A program made the translations under genes and the position numbers. Of a stretch of 64,000 nt of DNA, positions 33,120-42,592 are shown in pieces (positions within the stretch are counted from its first letter, which is position 1; every line of letters starts with the position of its first letter). The stretch is from Histomonas meleagridis 2922-C6/04-290x (taxonomy: Eukaryota > Protista > Parabasalia), in assembly GCA_020184695.1 (NCBI GenBank), contig JAANOX010000083.1:416870-480869 (forward strand). The letters are read 5' to 3'. The notes under the pieces were generated by a model. The model made no database searches. It had not been told where the DNA came from and was given only the letters and a program-made list of their open reading frames with translations.

Positions 33120-33191
33120 TGTCTCCGGGCAGGATCGAACTGCCGTCAAGAGCGTGTTAAACTCCTATTCTAACCATTAGACTACGGAGAC
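33120..33191 (-). tRNA. tRNA-Val(AAC)
   Basis: GTCTCCG-TA-GTCTAATGGTTAGAAT-A-GGAGT TTAACAC GCTCT-TGAC-GGCAG TTCGATC CTGCC-CGGAGAC-A: perfect acceptor and T stems, 72 nt. Confidence 0.88.
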
Positions 33192-33467
33192 TTTCGAATG
33201 TGCAGAAATGTTATAGAATAAATCAATTTTAGGTTTATATTGAGGTTTAGTTGATTTTCTGATACAAAAATCAACGTTTTTTACTTTGAGATATGTTTAA
33301 CATCATTTACAATAATAAAAGTTTTTTTGCGTTTGCTTGTTATTTAAAGGCAATTAACTTTAAAAATGGGATCTAAAAGACTTTTCTTACAAGTTCATTT
33401 TTTTGTACCGCCCTGAAAAAGATGCCACTTTTTTGATTTAAAAAGTGAGTTCACGAACTAAGCAGAA

Positions 33468-36002
33468 ATGCACCATGCAGCAAAACTTCCCAATTTTCAT
33501 CCTTTTTATTTTTCATCAGGTGAACCATTAGAAAACAATCTCGAAGATTCACAATCCCTCCAATTTATTGATATAATTCTTCAAGATGACGAAGAGAAGC
33601 TAACTGATTTTATATCCACTTTAGATTCTGTTGACTCACGATTTTTTTTAACATCTAAGCAACAATTTCCAATACTTTCAGACCGCCCACCTTTATTGTC
33701 AGTTGCTTGTTTCTTTAAAGCCGAGAAATGTGTACAATTACTTTTAAACTGTGGTGCATCTGATCAAACTAATGACTACCAACAGCGAATACCACAACAC
33801 TTTGCAGTTTCAGGAGGTTCAATGGAAATTGTACGACTTTTAGATACAAATGATACATGGCCAGTTCAACGTGATAGTGACAATCTTACGCCCATTCATT
33901 ATGCATGTGCATTTGGTCAATTAGAGATGGTCCATTATTTTTGGTCTAAAGGGATATCATTTAATGATTCGATCACTGGTCCATATAAGATCCCAATGTA
34001 CATGGCATGTGCCAATGGTCATTTAGACATAGTAGATTTTATGATGAACAAAGGTGTTGATCCCAATGTCGAAGATGGCAGTGGACTTTGTGCTATTCAT
34101 CATGCATGTATAGGCGGCCATGCTGCCATAGTCCATTATTTATTAGAAAAAGGCGTTGATAAAAATCGTCCAAATCGATGTTCATGTACACCTATGATCT
34201 TAGCATCACGACATGGCTCATTATCAGTCATAAAAGAACTTGTTAAAGCCGGCGCGCAATTCACATATCGCCGTCGTAAATATACTCCATTAGTTGAAGC
34301 TGCATCATCAGGACATTTAGATGTTGTCCAATATTTAATTAAGAAAGGAGTAGACATTAATATCATTACATCAGAATCTGTTACGGCATTATATGCTGCA
34401 GTTCAAAATGGGCATTCAAAAGTTGTCCGATATTTACTTAAGAATGGAGCCGATCCAAAAATCCGAGTGAGGAAATATGAAGGCACTGCATTTAATGAAG
34501 CATGTTCACAAGGAAATCTTGAGATAGTTAAAATCTTTGAAGAAATATATGGCGATAAATTTAGTGAATTTTTACAAGATGAAACAGGAGCACTTAATAC
34601 TGCAATCACATCATGTAATGCTGAATTAGTCAAATATTTGTTCGACAAAGGATTAAAACTTAATTTAGATGCGAACACTGGCGAATACAGATATCGAAAC
34701 AGTCAAATCTTAGATATGCCAATTCAACGTAAGAACTATGATCTTGTTAAATTATTAATTGAACATGGCGCGTTAAAGATAAGTCGAAACAAAAGCCCAT
34801 TATATACTGCATTTAAGACTGGAAACATCGAAATCATAAAATTATTAATCGAAAATGGGGAAACATTATCAGAAAAAAACTTTAATACACGAGAAATCTT
34901 AAATTATGCAATTGATTCACGTTCTTATGAATGTGTTAAATTATTATTCGATAAAGGAATAACATTAGATAATGATAATGAAGAAGAAGATCAAAACGAA
35001 GATAAATTAATTGAAAATGGTTTTCGATATATTAATTTCCATTCATCGAATAACCCATTAGTGGAAGCAATTCAAGTGATAACAAATCGATTTTATTTCA
35101 ACAATAGATATTATGAAGAACAACAAAAAGAAAATGAAACACAAGAAACAATGTTAAAAATCATTGAATTACTTATCGAAAAAGGCGCTAAAATACAATA
35201 TAATGATCATCAAGAAGAAGTATTATTTAATGCATTAAGAAGTAAATGTATACCTTTATTAGAATTACTTGTAAAGAAAGGAGCAAACTTCGATGTGAAC
35301 ATAAAGAAAAACAAATCATTTTTCGGATTTAGATATCGCCGAAGTTATCGAATGAAAGATTTCCAACAAAGTTTAAAGGAGAATATGCCGATTTTCTTTG
35401 GGTTTTATAACAAAGAACATATACCGACATATGACTTCTTAATTAAAAATGGAATTGACATTGTCAACAAAACAGATTCCAAAGGCCGAAACATATTAAT
35501 ACATTCTGCTTCAATTAATTACGATTGTGATAAGAAAATTATGAAATATTTCATCGATAAAGGTGTTGATATTAATCATGTCGCGAATAATGGTAATAAT
35601 GCATTATTGGAACTGTTTGATGTTCCACATAATAACTTTCTTTCATTGTACATGAGTTCTTCTGATATAAAACGTATCAAAAAAGCAGTGCTATTATTAA
35701 ATAATGGAATTGACCCAAACCATAGAAATAATAAAGGAGAATGCGCATTGATGTTGGCTTTAAGAACACAAGGCATTACGTATCTGGTGAAAACTTTAAT
35801 CAACAAAAACTTAAACGTGAACGAGTTGAGGGATGATGAAATTATGATGCTGTTTAAGCAAAGCGACCCGTTCATATTGTTGATGGTGTTGAAGAAGTTG
35901 CAAAAATTGCCGAAGTCCTACATGAAAGAAATAAAATCCGAAATATTAAAATTCGGGAACCAAGAAATTATGAAAGAAGTCGAACGTTTGTGTAAACAAT
36001 AG
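33468..36002 (+). CDS. Ankyrin-repeat protein, 844 aa, uninterrupted
   Basis: Many TPIHYAC..G.LEMV / TALYAAVQNGH..VVRYLL repeats with normal xxGx linkers. Confidence 0.93.
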   Translation: MHHAAKLPNFHPFYFSSGEPLENNLEDSQSLQFIDIILQDDEEKLTDFISTLDSVDSRFFLTSKQQFPILSDRPPLLSVACFFKAEKCVQLLLNCGASDQTNDYQQRIPQHFAVSGGSMEIVRLLDTNDTWPVQRDSDNLTPIHYACAFGQLEMVHYFWSKGISFNDSITGPYKIPMYMACANGHLDIVDFMMNKGVDPNVEDGSGLCAIHHACIGGHAAIVHYLLEKGVDKNRPNRCSCTPMILASRHGSLSVIKELVKAGAQFTYRRRKYTPLVEAASSGHLDVVQYLIKKGVDINIITSESVTALYAAVQNGHSKVVRYLLKNGADPKIRVRKYEGTAFNEACSQGNLEIVKIFEEIYGDKFSEFLQDETGALNTAITSCNAELVKYLFDKGLKLNLDANTGEYRYRNSQILDMPIQRKNYDLVKLLIEHGALKISRNKSPLYTAFKTGNIEIIKLLIENGETLSEKNFNTREILNYAIDSRSYECVKLLFDKGITLDNDNEEEDQNEDKLIENGFRYINFHSSNNPLVEAIQVITNRFYFNNRYYEEQQKENETQETMLKIIELLIEKGAKIQYNDHQEEVLFNALRSKCIPLLELLVKKGANFDVNIKKNKSFFGFRYRRSYRMKDFQQSLKENMPIFFGFYNKEHIPTYDFLIKNGIDIVNKTDSKGRNILIHSASINYDCDKKIMKYFIDKGVDINHVANNGNNALLELFDVPHNNFLSLYMSSSDIKRIKKAVLLLNNGIDPNHRNNKGECALMLALRTQGITYLVKTLINKNLNVNELRDDEIMMLFKQSDPFILLMVLKKLQKLPKSYMKEIKSEILKFGNQEIMKEVERLCKQ

Positions 36003-36040
36003 AGTGATAATAAATAAATATGTAATAATTCATCATTTTA

Positions 36041-36465
36041 AAATTGTTTAAATTTGCCGAATATTATTCATTTGTTATCTTTTTGCTTATGGAAAAAATT
36101 ATTTGAATTTGCTGAATAAAATTCATTTGTTATCTTTTTGCTTATGGAAAAATAATTATTTCAATTTGCCCAATATTATTTATTTATGATCTTTTTGCTT
36201 ATGGAAAAATAATTATTTCAATTTGCCCAATATTATTTATTTATGATCTTTTTGCTTATGGAAAAAATTGTTTAAATTTGCTGAATAAAATTCATTTGTT
36301 ATCTTTTTGCTTATGGAAAAAATTGTTTAAATTTGCTGAATAAAATTCATTTGTTATCTTTTTGCTTATGGAAAAAATTGTTTAAATTTGCTGAATATTA
36401 TTCATTTGTTATCTTTTTGCTTATGGAAAAATAATTATTTCAATTTGCCCAATATTATTTATTTA
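36041..36465. repeat. Non-coding minisatellite, about 7.5 copies of a 55/57-bp unit
   Basis: ATCTTTTTGCTTATGGAAAA at 36077, 36132, 36189, 36246, 36301, 36356, 36411. Confidence 0.95.
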
Positions 36466-36735
36466 TTATATTTTTTCTTTAAAAAAAATAATTTAAATTT
36501 GCTAAAATAAAATTCAACTTTTTTTTATGTGTTAACCACAGACAGATTACAATTAAAGGACGATAGAGAAATTGTGAAGAGCGGATCTCAAATTTGTAAA
36601 GAAACAATTTTAACCGCCGTCTTAAAAACTTTTTTGTAAGACACATAATCTCGCTTTGGCCGGTTGTGGTTCCTCTCAATTTATCGGCCAATCTCTATTG
36701 AAATTTTGAATTGAAGTACTTTTGTAGCCACTTTG

Positions 36736-39552
36736 ATGGAAACAAAGCAAAATCGTAGAGCAGGTTTCCGCCCTTTCTGGCCAACAGCACAACCTCCTCC
36801 TAAGAGCGTTGCTTCTGCTAAGATCGAGCAATTGTCCGAAAATATTAAAAACGCTGATACAAATGCTGACCAAGAAGAAGCACGTCACAGTTATCTTTGG
36901 AAGCTCATGAACAACTATCTCCCTGCAGAGAAGGATTCAGTTCAAGTTTCCTTTGTAAATCATCTTGAATATACAATTGCTAGATCGAGATTTAACTTTG
37001 ATAAGTTCTCTGCTTATTTGGCCGCTAGCTACTCAGTCCGTGATCGTCTCATTGAGCTTTTCAATGATACACAAGAGTATTTCATCTCGACCAAAGCTAA
37101 GCAAGTCTATTATGTATCAATAGAATTTCTTGTTGGTCGTTTCTTAAGAAATGCCTTGTTAAATCTTGAACTTGAAGATCTTTACCGCGATTCTCTTGAT
37201 GAACTTGATGTTTCTTTAGATCAAATTTACAATGAAGAATATGATCCAGGTTTAGGTAATGGAGGTCTTGGACGTCTTGCAGCCTGCTTTATGGATTCAC
37301 TTGCTACCCTTAATTATCCTGGCTGGGGATATGGTCTCATGTATACATTTGGTATGTTCAAACAAACAATTGGAGAAGATGGAAGCCAAATGGAAATTCC
37401 TGACTACTGGCTTAACTATGGAGATCCATGGCGTGTTCAAAAGACTACAGTCAAACATCCAGTATATTTCTATGGTAGTGCCGAAAATGGTAAATGGCAT
37501 CCATCATTGACCATCATTGCCGTAGCTAATGATTTCCTTATTCCAGGCTTTGCTACTGACAACACATTAACGTTACGTCTTTGGTCGTCACAACCATCAT
37601 CAGAACTTGATGAAGAAAAGTTCCGATATGGTGACTATTATGAAGCCATTAAGATGAAGCAAAAATGTGAAAACTTAACATCTGTATTATATCCAAATGA
37701 TAATACACTTGAAGGTAAAGAAATGCGTCTTATGCAAGAGTATTTCTTATCCTCGGCAACATTACAAGATATTGTTCGCAAACTTAAGACAATTCACAAT
37801 GCAGATATTCGTGAATTACCAAAGTATGCCTCCATACAACTCAATGATACACATCCTGCAGTAATGGTTGCTGAATTATTGCACATATTAATTGATGAAA
37901 ATGGACTTATGTTCCCCGAAGCGTTAGATATCTGTGTCAAAGTATTCTCATACACATGCCACACATTAATGCCAGAAGCATTAGAGAAATGGAACGTCTC
38001 ATTATTTGAGAAAGTATTACCACGTCATATGCAACTTATCTATGAGTTGAACCAACATTTCCTTGAAGATGTTCGTCGTTTATATAATCCACCAGACGAA
38101 GTCATTCGTAACTTATCATTAATTGAAGAAGGTAATGAGAAACAAGTTCGTATGGCCAACTTAGCTGTTGTTGGCTCACATACAGTTAATGGCGTTGCGA
38201 TGATTCATTCAGACTTAATGAAACAATATGTGTTCAAAGACTTCTATGACTTATGGCCCAACAAATTCCAAAACAAGACAAATGGCGTCACAATCCGTCG
38301 TTGGTTACATCATTGTAATCGTGAGTTATCCAACTTAATCACTAAAGTTGTTGGCGATGAGAATTGGGCATTACAACCAAATTCATTGAAGAAGTTAATG
38401 ACGAAGGTCAATGACAAAGACTTCTGCAACAAATGGGCGTCAATTAAATTAGCTAACAAGAAGCGATTAGCTAATTGGATCTATGATAACATGGGCATTA
38501 AGCTTAATCCGGAGGTCCAATTATTCGATGTACAAGTCAAACGAATTCATGAATACAAACGTCAGACATTAAATATATTATCAGTCATTGATCGCTATTT
38601 GACTATCTTAGATGGAAACACTCAAAACTTACAGCCGCGTGCGATCTTAATTGGCGGCAAAGCAGCTCCTGGTTATTACTTTGCGAAGAAGTTAATTAAA
38701 CTTATTAACAATGTCTCCAAAGTCATTAACAATGATGAACGTGTTGGCGATTTACTTAAGTTATTATACTTACCAAATTATAATGTATCGTTAGCAGAAA
38801 TCATTATACCGGCCGCAGATATTAACGAGCAAATCTCTACAGCTGGCACAGAGGCGTCAGGCACATCCAACATGAAGTTCGCATTTAACGCAAGTTTGAT
38901 TGTCGGCACTTACGATGGCGCTAACATCGAAATCGGTAACGAAATCGGTAATGAAAATGTTTACTTCTTCGGTACTAAAGTCGAAAGAGTTGAAGAAATT
39001 CGTAACAACAATAAGAACGGGCGCAAGAACATATCGCCACGTCTGAAGCGCGTCTTCGATGCAATCAAAAATGGTATGTTCGGTATCAATGAATATGACT
39101 GCATCATTAATTCAGTCGAAGGAAGTGACTTTTACTTATGCGGCGAAGACTTCGATGCATTTGTCGAAATACAAAAAGTGGTCGATAACGATTACAAAGA
39201 TAAAGAAAATTGGGTAAAGAAGACGATCACTTCAACCGCTAACATGCAGTACTTCAGCTCCGATAGAACGATACAGGAATACGCTGAACAAATTTGGGAC
39301 ATCAAACCGTGCCCGATACCGACAATTGAAGTGGAAGAGGACCAGGGCACCCCGAACGTGGTCATCGCACCACCCCCAAAAGTGGGAAGTATCAAGCAGC
39401 AAACCGTCGGATCGTTACGAAGACATCACATGGGGTCATTGCCGCCTGAAGACTTTAGCGCTATTCCAACAGCTCATAAATATCCGAAGCCACCTACAGC
39501 TCCTCCTGCACAAGATGATAGTGACGAAGGAGAAATAGCTATCGAACTTTAA
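36736..39552 (+). CDS. Glycogen phosphorylase
   Basis: DPGLGNGGLGRLAACFMDS, IQLNDTHP, VNGVA.IHS, KTNGVTIRRW, VKRIHEYKRQ, EASGTSNMK, FSSDRTI.EYA..IW. Confidence 0.98.
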   Translation: METKQNRRAGFRPFWPTAQPPPKSVASAKIEQLSENIKNADTNADQEEARHSYLWKLMNNYLPAEKDSVQVSFVNHLEYTIARSRFNFDKFSAYLAASYSVRDRLIELFNDTQEYFISTKAKQVYYVSIEFLVGRFLRNALLNLELEDLYRDSLDELDVSLDQIYNEEYDPGLGNGGLGRLAACFMDSLATLNYPGWGYGLMYTFGMFKQTIGEDGSQMEIPDYWLNYGDPWRVQKTTVKHPVYFYGSAENGKWHPSLTIIAVANDFLIPGFATDNTLTLRLWSSQPSSELDEEKFRYGDYYEAIKMKQKCENLTSVLYPNDNTLEGKEMRLMQEYFLSSATLQDIVRKLKTIHNADIRELPKYASIQLNDTHPAVMVAELLHILIDENGLMFPEALDICVKVFSYTCHTLMPEALEKWNVSLFEKVLPRHMQLIYELNQHFLEDVRRLYNPPDEVIRNLSLIEEGNEKQVRMANLAVVGSHTVNGVAMIHSDLMKQYVFKDFYDLWPNKFQNKTNGVTIRRWLHHCNRELSNLITKVVGDENWALQPNSLKKLMTKVNDKDFCNKWASIKLANKKRLANWIYDNMGIKLNPEVQLFDVQVKRIHEYKRQTLNILSVIDRYLTILDGNTQNLQPRAILIGGKAAPGYYFAKKLIKLINNVSKVINNDERVGDLLKLLYLPNYNVSLAEIIIPAADINEQISTAGTEASGTSNMKFAFNASLIVGTYDGANIEIGNEIGNENVYFFGTKVERVEEIRNNNKNGRKNISPRLKRVFDAIKNGMFGINEYDCIINSVEGSDFYLCGEDFDAFVEIQKVVDNDYKDKENWVKKTITSTANMQYFSSDRTIQEYAEQIWDIKPCPIPTIEVEEDQGTPNVVIAPPPKVGSIKQQTVGSLRRHHMGSLPPEDFSAIPTAHKYPKPPTAPPAQDDSDEGEIAIEL

Positions 39553-39598
39553 GAATAATTAAAAACATTTTAAAAAAAAAATATTTTATTTTTTAGAG

Positions 39599-40901
39599 TT
39601 ATAATATGTTACAGTTACTTTTGATTCCGTTTTGTTTCAGTACTTCGGCGATTTCTTTTTGGTCGTTTTTGGCTGCGTACGCGAGCGCTGTGTTAAATGT
39701 ACGAAATAGTTTCCAAGTGTTCGTTTGGGATATCGAATTATTAAGTGAAATATTGAATGAATTGTAAAAATATCGGTAACATTGATATCATTTCCTTCAT
39801 GTTGTACAAGTAACTTGACTACTTCGATATAACCTTTCTCGCACGCATGCATTAGCGCGGTTTGAAATGATGAAAATAAATTCCAAATTTTGTTTTGGAA
39901 TACTAAATTTTATAAATAAATAAAAAATGGATTGAATGAATATCTTTTATATTGCTATTGATTTTGTCATGTTCAAGAAGTAATTTAACTATTTCAACAA
40001 TACCATTCTCAGATGCAAGAATAAGTGCTGTTTTGAATAATTTATATATATTCCAAATGATATTTTTAAATGTTAAATCATTTAAATAAATCTTAAAAAT
40101 TATTAACAAATTTCTTTAACATTAAGAGAAATTTTTTCTTGTTGAAGAAGCAATTTAACTAAATCAGCATTAGCATTTTCAGCTGCAAACATAAGTGCTG
40201 TTTTAAATAATTTAAATAATTTCCAAATTTTTTTGTAATACAAAAAATATTGAAAATAAATATCAAATTTAACAAATAAATATTTTTAGCATTGATATCA
40301 ATTTCTTTTACTCCAAGAAGAATTTCTACCAATTCAATATGACCATTAATTGTTGCAAAAATAAGAGCTGTATCAAATTATTTAAACAAATTCCAAATAT
40401 TATTTTGAAATATAAAATTAAGAAAATAAAATTTAAACAAAATAATAAAACATTTTTTGCATTGATATCAGTTTCTTTTTGTTCAAGAAACAATTTAACT
40501 ACTTCAATATTACCTTTTAAAGTTGCTATCATAAATGCTGTATTAAATATTTTAAATAATTTCCAAATATTTTAGTCAAACATCAAAAAAATTTACCAAA
40601 TATTAAATAAAACATTTAAACATTTTTAGCATTTATATCAATTTCTTTTTGTTCTAAAAGTAGTTTTACTATATCTGTATGACCATTTATAGATGCATTC
40701 ATAAGTGCTGTATCAAATAATATAAATAATTTCTAAATGTTATTTAGTAACATAAAATGATTAAATCAAAACATCAAATTAACAAAATATATAGCAAATA
40801 AAATAAAAAAATGTTTTTAGCATTAACATCAATTCCTTTTATTCCAAGAAGTAATTTAACCATTTCTAAATGACCATTTTTAGATGCACTTAAAAGAATT
40901 T
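39599..40901 (-). repeat. 170-nt periodic array: 90-nt ankyrin core plus 80-nt spacer
   Basis: Cores start at 40711, 40541, 40371, 40201, 40031, 39861, 39691; six spacers of 80 nt and one of 101 nt. Confidence 0.95.
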
Positions 40902-42183
40902 TTGACAATGTTTCAGTACTTTTAAAAAAATTAAATAAATAATAAATATTTCGAAAAAATATCAAATAAAATAAAGAAATTTCTTCATTAATTCTAATTT
41001 TTTGATCTTTAGCATATTTAATAATTTCATTTTCATTTTTGACATTTTCTTGATGTAAAAATTCTCGAATTTCATCTTGCAAGTTTATTATCTTTCTTAA
41101 CATGTAATCATTTACTAAATTTGGAACTAGCTTTAGATAAATATCATTTTGATTCTTTTTGATACACTCATTTATTTGTTCTTCTGCAAACGCATCATCG
41201 CTTATAAATTTATTACATTTATTAATATCAGATTTCAAATTTTTCATATATTCATTAATTATTTGTGTTGCAATTTCATCAAATTTTGTTTTAGTTATAG
41301 AAATAATTTGTTGAATATCATTTGAATCATTTAAATTATTAAATATTGGAAACAAATAATTAATCATTTCGCAAAGTGTTTTCCCATTTATTGGATTCTT
41401 TTTATTTATAACTGTAATGATTTCATGAAAAGTTCTATTTAATTCACTCCAATATAAATCAAGTTCTGTTTTTCTTGTTTGAACTTCATCATTTGGAACA
41501 TATTCTGGTAATGTTATAATTGATAAAAATTGAGCAAGAAGTAAATTATTATCAAATGATAAAATAGAATTATGAATTGCTTCAGCTTGATCATCTAAAT
41601 ATTTCTTCATTCCTTTTGAATAATATACAAGTTTTTCAGGAATGTCTTTAATATGAATAAAAAGAATTGGTCGACAAATTTCTTGATTTGAAATTGATGG
41701 GAAAATTTGCTTGATATAAAAATTATATTCGATATTTTCTAAAAGATTTTTCATTGAAGAAAAAGATGGAATTTCTTTAGTAACATAAATTGATACAATC
41801 GAAACTTGTAGAAGTGTTAATAAGCCAATTTTCTCAGATGGATTATCAGATCCTTCTACAAAGAAAATCTCATTTTCATTTTCGTCTTTAATATTTGATT
41901 GAATTTTCATTTTTTCTTGTAATTCTTTCAGTTTAAAAGGTCCAATAAAATAAGTTTCTTTTATATGTTCTAATTTTATTGGCTCACTTTTGTTACAATA
42001 TTTCTCATAACCAGGCCCATTTATAAATTGATTTAAAATTGAGCTTTTTCCTGTTTGATGCTTTCCATATATAACGATTAGATAAGGTCTTTTTGACAAT
42101 GATAGAATTTCGATTACTTTTGAATTTATTGTAATATTTTTATTGCCATTATGTAAAAGAAAAGGAATTGGCTGCGGTAACAT
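39599..42183 (-). CDS. GBP/atlastin-like P-loop GTPase domain joined to an ankyrin array of 8 cores interrupted by fixed-length spacers
   Basis: IVIYGKHQTGKSSILNQF then a helical region; ORF track stops at 40774, but seven more intact 30-codon cores follow, the last ending in TAA at 39601-39599; joining them is inference. Confidence 0.65.
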
Positions 42184-42592
42184 TTCGAGAAGAAAATTAA
42201 TTCAGACACGACGACCAAAAATTATTCAAAAAGCGAAAATTCATATAAAATTATTTTCTCATATATTTTTTTAGATATTCTTGAGCACACTGCCAATTCA
42301 TGTATATACTATAAATAAAATATCATATAAATTTATACATTTTTAATTTTTCACAAAAAATTATTTTCGATTCAAACTTACTGATAAAATGACGATTAAA
42401 ACACGTTAACTTCCAAAATATGATCGTTTTTGATTCAAATAATCTTATGTGCACCAGACTTTTCTACAGGAAATTTTGACTGTATCTTCCGGACGATACA
42501 TTTTATATTTACGGAATTCAATAAATTACTTTGTCACTTTTTAAAATTAGTTTTGGACAAAAACTAATTGGCACTTTTCTGTGGAAAAGATA

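Noticed and set aside
36041-36465. Minisatellite as CRISPR-like repeat/spacer array
   Set aside because: Linkers are only two recurring variants, not unique spacers
39692-40812. Spacers as stop-codon readthrough or an alternative genetic code
   Set aside because: 80 nt is not a multiple of 3, so readthrough alone cannot restore frame; TAA, TAG and TGA all end normal genes in this window
39692-40812. Spacers as canonical trichomonad GT-AG introns
   Set aside because: Most start with ATT, none has AG at a frame-restoring position, and no ACTAAC branch motif is seen
39599-40901. Array as CRISPR
   Set aside because: Eukaryotic context, no cas genes; the conserved units are 90-nt protein-coding cores diverged at the DNA level
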